Assembly: GCF_003704095.1 (NCBI RefSeq)
Contig: NW_020845280.1
Location: 62,001 to 126,000, forward strand
Length of the DNA stretch: 64,000 nucleotides
Direction: 5' to 3'
From: Pocillopora damicornis
Taxonomy: Eukaryota
Under the pieces are notes generated by a model, which saw nothing but the letters and a program-made list of their open reading frames with translations, was not told the DNA's origin and did not search any database. Position numbers and translations under genes: made by a program. Every line of letters starts with the position of its first letter. The first letter of the stretch is position 1. This document shows positions 26,358-37,914 of the stretch, in pieces.

Positions 26358-26498
26358 CTAGACCCAAGAGATTGCTACCTTGCAGAGACCAGTGCCAGAC
26401 CTATGTGGACCACTTATGACACGGTTCATGCTAAGCCATATGTCAGTCGCGGTAGACGGGGGCGTCCCAATGAGCTGTCCACTTAGTTGAAACAGGTA
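26358..26498 (-). CDS. Partial inverted paralog (3' end of last exon) of the 28655-31014 secreted protein; remainder lost in the N gap
   Basis: YLFQLSGQLIGTPPSTATDIWLSMNRVISGPHRSGTGLCKVAISWV* differs at only 4 residues from the C-terminus of ORF 30592-31014. Confidence 0.7.
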   Translation of the reverse strand, partial: YLFQLSGQLIGTPPSTATDIWLSMNRVISGPHRSGTGLCKVAISWV

Positions 26499-27847
26499 NN
26501 NNNNNNNNNNNNNNNNNNNNNNNNNNNNNNNNNNNNNNNNNNNNNNNNNNNNNNNNNNNNNNNNNNNNNNNNNNNNNNNNNNNNNNNNNNNNNNNNNNTC
26601 TTTTCTTCTCAAGTTGTTACAACGGGGACTAACTCCTATCTAATGAGAAAAGAGAGGGTCACCGTTTATAGAGGTGACACTGCAGATGACACTACTAAGC
26701 TGTCAACCTTCTTGTATCGTCATCGTTCCATCTCAGCCAGCGAATCATGTAAGATTACGTGTGACAGTTCCTGCTTACTAGGTATGCGCCTTCGACTTAT
26801 TTGCACAGTTACAAAATAATTTTCTACCCTAAATTTCTTATTCTTACAGTTGAGATCGGTCAGAACAGAAACGAAATTGGTAATATAAAAATCATAACTA
26901 ACCTATTGACAGAATGATATTCACATCTGAAGGGGTATCTTAAGAGAAAATTGCCTTAGAAGACCATTACATAACAACATCATGATTAGAAAAGTTGGAG
27001 AAGAAGGGGCGTTCACAAGTACCGCCCCCAAGTTGCTACGTGCTAGATAACTAGCTAAACATGAAGGGTATTACATGTTTACACCTTTAAGAACGAGAGG
27101 TGTCGAACGTGACCTTTTACCAGAGAGATTCACTCTTCCTGGATTAACAAACGAGTTCTAATTACCGTAGAAACTGACTTCCTGGATTAACAAATTAACT
27201 TAATTAATAACATAGCTTTCCCAAGACACTATCACGAGTTCTAATTACCGTAGAAACTGAACAACCGTTTCCATGTCAATTTCACGATCATAACGAGAAA
27301 AACGTGACCAAACTCTACCTTTAAGATAGGACTTCCAAAAGGAATAAGAAGTAACCAACCTGCCTTTTTATAACTTTTGCAGGAATGGTTTAAAGTAATA
27401 TAATATTTCCATTCCTTTCCCCGACACCAATACAAAGAAACCGTTACGATATTTCAGATTAAATATAGTTATATTTTTATCGTTTCACACGTGTAACAAT
27501 TGCCAGATTTCAAACTTTTTTGGGTTTCAAATAAAATCGTTTTAAAGAAAAAAAAGTATTATTTTGGACAACTGATTATCTACTCAATTTGTTCCCTCAT
27601 CAGTTTCTTGATTTCATCGGATCGTTGCCCGCAAACTTCCTTGAGATCTAACCGGACTTTTCCCGAAGAAATGTATTAGAGCAGGAAAAAACAAGGCCTC
27701 GCGAAATACAATACACTCCCTGTTTTCAAAACATAGATAGTATCAATGAAACGGGAAACAGTTCGCACGTATTATTTTCAAACCATTAGAAGGTAATTCA
27801 ATCATCGTTTTGATCAGAAAAATACCTTCATGAGTTTTTAGGTATCT

Positions 27848-28553
27848 ATTTCATTTGCCCCTCGTTTTCTCGCGATTTTATCGGCAGATGATCTCCCTCA
27901 GGCTGCAATCAATTAAGAACGAACTGTGCTTGTATAATTGTTTGAGTATGAGATTTCAAACGGGATTGCTGAATCTCGTACCTACTTGTTATGGGCGGGA
28001 CGGGAACCAGCTCGCGTGAAAATATTTCAGACAGCTAGAATTCAGCATGGAATTTTTTTTGACTGAAAATAATCTTTTTGACGAACGTGCTATCAACGAG
28101 ACAGGAAAAAGCTCACACGCAATGAAGCAATTCGCTTAAGACATTATTGTTTAGTTCACAAAACATGTTTTGGCATTAGTCGTGTCGTCCTAACATGGAA
28201 ATATATTTTAAACCATAAAAATGAAGCAACGAATCTCCTCTTGATCAAAACAAATTTTATCCTTTTAGATTGGTAGCCATCTATTTTGTTTGCCTTCTCG
28301 TTTTCTCTTGATTTTGATTTGCTGTATATTTATATTTCAGTGAGACTGCTTTCGGGTCAAAGTGTACTTTGCTGTCAGAAATGTTTGAGTATAACATTTC
28401 AATGGATTGGTGAATCTCGTGACATACATGTTAGTTCCTGTGTATCATGATATGCGAACGAGGAATTAAACATGAGACAACAGGAAAGACGTTTCAACTT
28501 GAAAGTTTATACAATGACTCGTGGGCGTGATGGAAAAGTTGATGCATATAAAA
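27848..28553 (+). promoter_or_regulatory. Two copies of the shared upstream module plus a TATA box
   Basis: Modules at 27848-27985 and 28290-28435; TATAAAA at ~28547, about 110 bp before the ATG. Confidence 0.55.
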
Positions 28554-28654
28554 GCGAGCGCCACGTAACTTTTGAGGCGTATTCCCAACCATTCAGCAGA
28601 CATCAGTCTTGAGAGCTCGTGGTTTAATAAGCAGTCTTCCTCAGTCTACCGAGA

Positions 28655-31014
28655 TGATCACACTTCATCTTGCGATAACTCTTTATATTGTCTTGACCAG
28701 CTTGAGCGCCTTCACAGGTATCACACTAATTCACTCTGGCCACTAATCCACTTTGGTCTGCTTTTGTTTTATTATTGACAATTTTTTAGTAATTATTTTC
28801 TTAGTTTGTCTCTTCTCTTAAATTTTCTTAAGTCTTGATGACTCTGTCTTTCTATTTCATGCGAGATCGAACAACACAAGTTGCTCCTTCAGAATTCAAA
28901 ACTCGTTAACTCGTTCAATATTTTCTGCAATTATTCTTGCTCACTCTACAGAGGTCCGCTGAAATTCTTCACCATCATATCGAAAGCTAGTTCATAAAAG
29001 CAAATCTCGTCCTTAATTTATAAATTCCATTGTATTGCCATTTTGTTTGATCGAGAGAAAAAGGAGGGAAGTTTAGTTACTGCTACAGATTCCCTTCCGT
29101 ACCCTTTATCCATTCAAACAAAAAAAAAAAAAAAAAAAACTATCGCAACCTCAGAGGAGATGAAGAACGCATTTCCGTTTTTCCTTGATAGCTTCGAGTT
29201 GTTTAAGCTGTAGTCAGCCCAGAGATCCGCGTAGTCCTGTACTCCAAGTGGATCTAAAGACGAACGCAGTTTACGGTAATGATGCCAACATCGCTTGGGA
29301 GGACCATTTGAACGTGAAGCCAGGAGTTTGTACAAACCAAGGTAGGAAATAACAAAATCAGTTTAGTACCAAGAAAAACATAGTCTGAACACCGTGATAT
29401 TTACTGTCAATTACTTTGACGCTGTCCGACGCGTTGGAAGTTTCTTTTGAAAAACTGTTGCAATCCAGAGTCTTTAGGATGTGCCAGAATTTGTAAATAA
29501 GAGCCTAACTGACATCATTTTACTTAAATTGATTAAGGCATTTTTTAAAAAACTAAATTTGTAATAACTTGTAATTTACAGGTAAGCTTCGAATAAGTTT
29601 TGACCCAAGAAGTGGCTCCAAACGAACTGCTAAGTTTGACGTGATCTGATGCGTTAGATGTTTCATTATAAAAACTTTTATTATTTAAAGTCTTTAGGAT
29701 GTGCCCGAGTTTAGAGTTAAGAGTTTAAATTGAAATGAACTTAACTGAATAACTAACTTAACTTACGTGTGTCACGGTTCAAATTACTAGTAAAATGCTT
29801 TTTACATTATATTCTTAACTTACTTGAAATTCACAGGAAAGATTCGCATAACATTTGATAAATGTTGGGGCTCCAAACGAACCGCCAGGATTGACCTGTG
29901 GTTTGCGGCTCAAGTGACAGGATTCTCGTTTGATATTGCCGACTCGCCCACTGTCAATGGATATGGTAAGAGAAGAGACTTGACATTGACATGGCACTGC
30001 ATAGGAGTAAAACATCTTTTTTAATGCTCTATAAAAGCTTTATGCTTCACTCTTGTTTAAGGAAAACAAACTATTGAAATACATATGAGACTGAAGTTAC
30101 CAACACGTTGCACATGAATAAAAGCATTGTGCTTTGGAAATTCAATGGAGACATGGGTTCACGGTGCATCAGGATTTCACGTGCTTCAATTTCTCCTTTC
30201 TTCTCTTTTTCCTTGTAGGTGGCGACGCGGGAACAACTACTAAAGGCGCAGAGGTACATGGCCTCAATAAAAATTTTTTAATATTTACCAACGATTTCAC
30301 NNNNNNNNNNNNNNNNNNNNNNNNNNNNNNNNNNNNNNNNNNNNNNNNNNNNNNNNNNNNNNNNNNNNNNNNNNNNNNNNNNNNNNNNNNNNNNNNNNNN
30401 AAGAGACTTGACATTGACATGGCACTGTATAGGAGTAAAACATCTTTTTTAATGCACTATAAGAGCTTGATACTTCACTCTTGTTTTAGGAAAACAAACT
30501 ATTGAAATACATCTGAGACTGAAGTTACCAATACGTTGCACATGAATAAAAGCAATGTTCTTTGGATATTTAAGGGGAACATGGGTTCACGGTGCATCAG
30601 GATTTCGCGTGCTTCAATTTCTCCTTTCTTCTCTTTTTCCTTGTAGGAGGCGACGCGGGAACAACTACTAAAGCCGCAGAGGTACATGGCCTCAATAAAA
30701 ATTTTTTAATATTTACCAACGATTTCACTGGTCACGAGGACTACACCACTAATGGTCACCTGACGGTTGAATCCAAAGAAAAAGTCATCAGCGATCACAT
30801 GACGATTTACATCAGCCATGAGCGTGTGGAAGTGACCAATTACCGCGGCTATCAAGCCGTGTACGACAGCACATACCTGTTTCAACTAAGTGGACAGCTC
30901 AATGGGACACCCCCGTCTACCGCGACCGACATATGGCTGAGCATGAACCGTGTTATACACGGTACATATAGGTCTGGCACTGGTCTCTGCAAGGTAGCGA
31001 TCTCCTGGGTCTAG
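28655..31014 (+). CDS. Uncharacterised secreted, beta-rich protein of ~235 aa (4 exons)
   Basis: Exons ~28655-28717 (signal peptide MITLHLAITLYIVLTSLSAFT), 29192-29341, 29837-29965 and ~30648-31014, all joined by phase-1 GT-AG introns. Motifs FDIADSPTVNGYGGDAGTT..AAEV and MNRVI.G..RSGTGLC. Confidence 0.75.
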
Positions 31015-32302
31015 CACGCCCTGTCTAGAAAGCGAGAGGAAATGAAACTCTCCTCTGAGCTTGAGTCAACCAGTAGATTGTAACAATGCTGCGTAGTAAA
31101 ATAAAGTTGTGCATTGTAATACATCTTAAGGTTTTTTTTTTGTTCACGTGCTGCTACTCGCATGTGCGAGGTCATTTCAAGCTCCAGGTTTACTTTGCAA
31201 AGGTTTCTTTTTTTTTTTCACCGCACTTTTCTTATTTGAAAATGTTTCTACTCCCAACTTTTTATATAATCTTACCTTTCTCTGCCAGAAAATTCACCAA
31301 GGAGAAATTAGTCAGCCTTGATCGTAACTTTGAACACGGATTTTCCTTTCTCTGAATATGTAATCAATAACTCACTTGATCAAGATGAAATTTATATTCA
31401 AGCTTATCACACTATTTGACAACCTATGTTTAGGTTATCCACTTTCCCCAACAGAACTTTGACAACCAAAGAAATTGTGACTCGGTATGGCGTGACTTTT
31501 CATTTTAAAATATGAATTTGTTTTTCTTAAAGCTAAATTATAACAGATTACTCAGTGATTAGATTAATCGATTACCAATACTTGCATTAATAAAAGTTTC
31601 CCTTCAAATTTAATTTGTGATCAATTGAAATTCACAGAAAAGCTTTGCGTAACATTCAATAGTTTAATAGCTGTACAGAAACAGAATGACCTCTTCAACG
31701 GAATCCCTTCAGCACTGCTGCATGACCTGTATAATTTCCTTTTCATACTCGTTGTCGGCCGTCAGGAATAGCCCAAAAACAAACATTACATATCACTAAA
31801 CTGGGTAAGTTTACGAACAAACTGTGGTGTTTCGCCCTGACGAAGGGCTACGCTTTAGAACCTTTTCGTAATAGCCAATTTATACTTTCATCTAACAGGA
31901 TAAAACCAAATTGTCTTAACAAACAAACAAACAAACAATCAAAATGAATCAAAGCATTAAGTCTGAGGTTGGAAGACAGGTTACAAATTAATCTTACACT
32001 TTCTTGGTCATCCCAAAAGTTTGATATTAATTATCTTCCCATCCAATATCAATTCTACCTTAACCAATTCTGCTAACAATATAGAGAGACTCTTGGTAAG
32101 TTACTGCCCATAATCCATGGAACACTGACACCACTCATGGGATACTGACAGCACCCAGGAAGAAAGAAATGAAATTAACTTAAATCTAAGAATAGGATAG
32201 GAGGCAGGGACTTTACATCCTTGAGCATTTCCCAACAACAAAGCAAAGACAAATTCTCTAGCAGCAAATTGTTTTAATACATTGTGAAGGAGTTTTTACA
32301 CA

Positions 32303-35300
32303 TCACACTTTCATCTCCTTGATCTTGGCCTTTTCCAGCTTGTGTGCAGCTGCCTGTGACTTGCTGCCCATGATGCCCCCGCCCCAGTGTTTTCTGATCT
32401 CATCAAACCGCTCATTGAAGTTAGTCTTGACTGCCTCGCAGAGGTTCGTAAAGTTATTCTTGTCTTCAGGACGTACAGCAGTAAAACACAGTACTGTGGC
32501 GGTCTTCTTGTGTACTACTTTGCCCAGCCTACAGACAGGAATAAATAAAGACAATCTAAGTCACTACCTTTAATTTAAAGTAGAAGTTTACTTCTGAACC
32601 CTTGAATTTTTATCTCTGGAGTTTAGAAATGTATATTGTGACACCAGCCTTGTTTTGAAGTTCCAAAGAGTAACCAAGCCTTTTAAGAATTGCTTTGAAA
32701 TAGGCTTCAGATTTCACTATGATGCTACCATTTCAAGTTTCATTTGGTAAAATGGCTGCCTAGGTGTGATACAACCAAGTCTTGCTCTTTTTATTTAAAC
32801 ACCTAAACATATGTCTGATTAATCATATAAGCTACAAAAAAGACATTCTTTAATGATTTCTTCAATGTTCAGAGCAGGAACTACTTATGCACTGCTTGTT
32901 ACTGCTTTGAGTGTGCCATCAGGTTGCAGTATTGCTTGAAAACATAGCACCATCCAGAATAGAAGGTTTTTGCACATTTCAAAGCAATTTTGACAGGTTA
33001 GGTTAGTCTTTTGAACCTCATAAATGGTAAGAAAAGCACCATGTTATTTCTGCTTTTAATCATATGAAGAAGAACCAGTGCATATAGTATGATGATCAAT
33101 TGAAGAGTTTTAAAGAAATCATCCTTTGCGAAGGTAAAATCTGAGAGTTGCTTGTCCAAGAGACAAACTGTAAATGAATTCTGTTGTCAAACCATCAGTA
33201 GTTTTGATAAGTTTCAAAATCATCCTGACACCTTTGCCACCTGCTGTCAACTCAACATCTTATAAAATATTGTCCCTATTCACTGCCCATTTCTATTTCA
33301 AACTCATTCAGACCTAATAATCTCTAAATGATACTAATTGTCTGATGCAAAGCAGTAACTGCTCCAAGACAAATACAATGAAAGAAATTGCAATAGAAGA
33401 AAGAAGGATCTGTATCATGGGCTTTGGAATGGTCTTTGGTTTATAATAACATCACTCACCTGGCTTTGCCCTTTATGATACAATAAGGAACACCCATTTT
33501 CCTGCACAGAGCTGGAAGCCACACAACAAGCTGTAAAATGAACAGGTCACATACTCTCTTAGTGCCTCTGTTTGAAATGGGAAAACATTATTTGTTCACT
33601 CATTTTGATAAATCCGAAAATCAAATATTTCTTCAAAGTGATACTTCCTATAACTATGAACTTTCACTTGACAGTGAAACAGCCTCCAAAAATCATACCT
33701 AAAACCAAGGTTTATTCAGCAAAACCTCACTGGAAGGAAACTCTACAACTCCTTTTGATAAACTTCTAACAGAGTCATTCAATGATATGGAAAGCAATTT
33801 TTGGAAAATTAAAAGTAAACTTATTGACAGTTACAAACCACTGATAACAAGCACAAGGGGTAAAATCAATCATTTTCCAATTAGAATTTGTGCTAAAACA
33901 AGTTTTAGTCTTTAACACACTCTCAAGAAAATTCTTACTAACCTCAATGGGGTCTACATCATGAGCAATGACCACAAGTTGAGCTTTCTTGTTCTCTACA
34001 AGACTGGTCACATGATTCAGACCATATTTGATCACAACTGGCTTCTTTCCCGCAGGTTCTTCTTTACCCTCTGCTTTCTTTTCAGCCTTAGCAGTAAGAC
34101 GAGCTTTCTTCTCAGCCTTGGTCTCTGGGCGATACTTGTGCATCAGTTTGAAAAGCTGGGTGGCTAGACAAAATAAAAAAAATTAAACAAAATTTTTGGT
34201 TTTAAATACTTAAAGCTACTCTCAATGGCTTAAAATGGTACTACTATATTACTATTTCAGTAGGAGTTATATTCTTGAACAGGAGTAATGTGTAAGAAAA
34301 TCTGTTGTCAAAAAGTATGCTTAGTAGCATAACACTTTAACTAGTTTGAGTTTCCCATGAAATAAAGGTACAGATGATTTCTCTTTGCTTAGGTCTAAAA
34401 ATTTGTGTTCCTTCTAGAGAGGCATCACTGACACAAGGTTTCACTGAATAAAATGTTGCCCATACCAGTCTGTTTATCCAATGTCTGAGTGAACTGATTG
34501 ATAGAAGGAGGAACTTTCAAACGCTGGTAGAGAACACTCCTTTGCCTTTGAAGTCTGATGTATTTTGGCCATCGGACAAATCTGCTCAAATCACGTTTGG
34601 GCTGGATATCCCCACCTAGAAGTCAAAGGGAAATTGAAATTAAATAGCAGATTATAACCTTTAGTAATGAAGATTAGGTATTATTCTTTAAAAACCTTCC
34701 TTTTTTAAGGGTAATTCATGAGCTCCCAAGGTAAGGTTTGAAGAAGAATATGAATTTCCAAGCAAAATCACACAACAAACAAGGATTGTTTCTGAGCATT
34801 AAAAATGAGCTTATCTAAGAGATCATTACAATTATTTGTTAACTGAGGGGTCTTCATAACTACAAAGGTTAAAGTAATTTTTTTGGTTGCAATGCTTTCA
34901 ATCCTTGCAGTCATTAGCTCTCATGATCCCATGGGTCACCAGATGGAAACTATGTTACTGTGAACTATAGGCTTAAATCTACTTTATCTTACTCCTTAAT
35001 TAAAGAGACAGAAGTGAATATGGTTTTTGAGTGCAGGGAATTGAGGACCACCATTTCACTACATTGTACAAGTATGCATATTTGTATTACTTATAAAAAC
35101 TTTGAATCACACATTCTACAATCACCCTTTCCTACATCATTTAACCTTCACATTTAGAAATGAACACTACAAAAAACACAAAAATTAGACTTGAGTAAAC
35201 CAACATAAAATTGGTTTTGCTGTTTGATAGGGTTATCATCTTACCTATGCCAAAATTCCTTGGCCGTTTTTCAATGAGTGGATTAACAACCTTTTTTGGC

Positions 35301-36082
35301 ACTGGTTTGGATGTGGTGTAAGGGGCTGGTGCCACCTTCTTTACCCTTTTAGTTTTAGGCTGCAGAATCAACATAATAGAATACATTGCAATTTTGTTCA
35401 TACACCAAACTGGATTAATTTACTTGCACAGTATCAAGAAAAGTAATGTAGTAAGAGTTATGAGTAATTGTGACCCTAAAGAAATGCATAAAAATAAGCT
35501 ACTGAAAAATATTAAAATATTCTACTAGATAATATTCACCACAACCTTTAAGTTGCCAGATAACTCTGGAAAGATATGACAACAAACTAATAAATGTTGA
35601 TAACCTTATGCATTTCTACGTTTCCAAATGCTCAATATGTTTCGAGAAATAAAAAAACTAAAGTACAAGAAAACCACACGAGACATCATTACCCATAGAT
35701 CTCACGTGCAAAATAATTTCTACAGAATTATTACAGACGAAAACAATTCGGCACAAAAACTGTCATTAGGTAGGCAGAAAGATGTACACTACAACATTAA
35801 TTTTGATAAGAGATAGCAACAAGCAAGATGGTGGTACAACTGACAGTACGTGGGTTAAAGGGGGTTTAGAGAGACCGTCTCAGTCCAAGACGATAAATCA
35901 TGGAGCATACCACGAAATATTGCTAAATGAAGCTCTTTTCACTGAAAATAAGAGAAAATAGATCGCCACAAATACCGTCCACATACTGGACCCTCGTTTA
36001 TTAGTCCTTAAGAAGTAAACAAATGTAAGATGGACTAGATGGAAGATAGCTTTTAATACAATAATTCGAAAAGACTTACCAT
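32303..36082 (-). CDS. RPL7A: 60S ribosomal protein L7a (eL8, Surf-3)
   Basis: Exons 36082-36080 (ATG only), 35359-35245, 34615-34466, 34163-33943, 33530-33460 and 32528-32303. Motifs [57 protein letters not shown]. Confidence 0.97.
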
Positions 36083-36240
36083 CTTTTTCGATGGCGGATG
36101 AAGAGGAAAGTTGCAAAGGCGCTTGGGAATTTTATCATGCTACCCACAATGCTAGGCGTGGCAATGGGGAAACAAAATGGCCGACAAAGCTCCGTGGTTT
36201 GATCCAGAATAATTGAAATCACAGGACATTTTAGGTAAGT
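36083..36240. promoter_or_regulatory. RPL7A/MED22 bidirectional promoter with 5'TOP tract, two Staf/ZNF143-like sites and a YY1-like motif
   Basis: CTTTCCTCTTC on minus at 36110-36100; TACCCACAATGCTAGGCG at 36141-36158 (+); AAAATTCCCAAGCGCCTTTGC on minus at ~36134-36113; AAAATGGCCG at 36174-36183. Confidence 0.7.
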
Positions 36241-36336
36241 TATGCTTAAATTTGGTTTAAATTAGTTACAACCCATCGCAATATTTACTTGAGAAATTCA
36301 AAACTATTAATCTTGTGCTGCTGTTGCAGGAGAATC

Positions 36337-37914
36337 ATGTCACAGCCAAGCAGGATTTTACCACAAAGTAAAGAGACTCTTCTCAAGTCTTACACCAAAC
36401 GTTTGAAAGATGACGTGAAGTCGATTCTGGATAACTTTACTGAAATCGTTAAATCTTCAAAAGTACGTATATGGATAAAGTATAACGATTACTTGAAGCT
36501 TTTACTTGGAGGCTGGCTAATTTATGGAAATTGATGGTCGCTGAATCAGCATCAATAAACAGGAACAATCTATCGATCGTAGAGCATTCAAGCGATGAAA
36601 TCGATAGTTGACGACAGTTTTGATCAATTCCTAGTTGATTATGGTAACCAATAACCAATCCATGGCAATGCGATTTCCTATTGAGTGATTGGAATTTGTG
36701 CGAGTCTGAGAGTATACAAGCCAATGACAGTTGGTGCTCTAATTAAAAAAATGCATAATTTATTACATGGCTACCCATTTTAAATATATCAGAGAAGATG
36801 ATATACAGAACAGAAACTGTGTGTAGTGCACAGGTCATGAAAGAAAAACTGTTGGCTGAAGTGTTTCCTCAAAAAGCAATGAACTTTCCATTAATTTAAC
36901 AGAAGGCCTTCTTTCTGGTTTCTTTCATCAGTGAAAACTTAATGATCTACAGTGTTTTATTTTTCACATCATAAAATTGATACTAATAAGGTTTGCATCA
37001 TTTATAGGTTGAAGATGAAACTCAGGTATCACGACTGACTCAGTCAGCCCAAGATCAGTACGAAGTGAATGTCAGGGCTGCCAATATTGTAAGTTCAAAC
37101 TACCAATTATCATTTTAGGCTCATCAAAATGAGTACTGTAGTTGATAGTTGAATAATTATTAAAATGCAAACAGCTTAGCTAGCTAACATTCTTAAGTTC
37201 ACTGGAGCTGTGACTGTTTTGCGTATTCAAAATATTTTAGCCCTCTGACCCTTAGGAGTGTCCAGCATCTAATTTCTTGTCACAAAACCACCCCCAAATC
37301 ACATGTTAAGGTCATGAGAACAAAGGAGATGATCACCAACTAAATAAGCTCTTGATTGTCAAACAAAGTTCCCTTGTCAGCCCCCCTAGAAGAGAGCAGT
37401 AAGGAGAATACATACTGATGTTTGGGTGCTTAAAAATTGATCCATGATTGTGAGTGGATTTAAGAAACATTGACCCATCCTCACAATAAATAAGATTGAA
37501 AACTAGAAATTATCTTTACTTGTTAACTCACCTGGAGCCATTTGCTTGTACCGGTACCTGATTTTAGTTCTCACTGGTTCCCTGTGGCTTTGTTATCATG
37601 GCAGTTGTGATCACTTTGGTTTTTGATTTATTAAAGGAAATTGGAAAGGGCCTTGATAAGGTTGATATTATAACCCTATTGTTTCCTTTTTGCAGGTTAG
37701 GGCAGGAGAATCTCTTTTGAAACTGGTTTCAGATATGAAAGAGTTTTTAATCTTGAACGACTTTCCATCTGTAAATGCCACCATCTCTGAACGAAGCAGC
37801 ACTCTTCAAGAGATGACAAATCAGACAGATCAAAAACTGTTAAACCTTAAACAAGAACTTGCTCTTAATTTATATGAACTGGAACAATCATACTACTCAT
37901 CTAGTTATAGATAA
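36337..37914 (+). CDS. MED22: Mediator subunit 22 (Surf-5)
   Basis: Exons 36337-36462, 37008-37088 and 37696-37914 give [37 protein letters not shown]...[33 protein letters not shown]...[12 protein letters not shown] probable non-coding first exon ends at ~36234 (AG/GTAAG). Confidence 0.96.

Noticed and set aside
29970-30728. Apparent tandem duplication of intron 3 and the start of the last exon (29970-30300 versus 30401-30728)
   Set aside because: The two copies flank a 100-N gap exactly and differ by only scattered SNPs, which is typical of uncollapsed alleles at contig ends.
32529-36079. Intronic snoRNAs (U24/U36 are hosted by vertebrate RPL7A)
   Set aside because: I found no sense-strand C/D pair with recognisable guides. 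The ATGATGA...CTGA at 33089-33144 and a U24-like AATATTGCTA at ~35915 are antisense to the host. An Infernal/snoscan run would be needed to exclude divergent ones.
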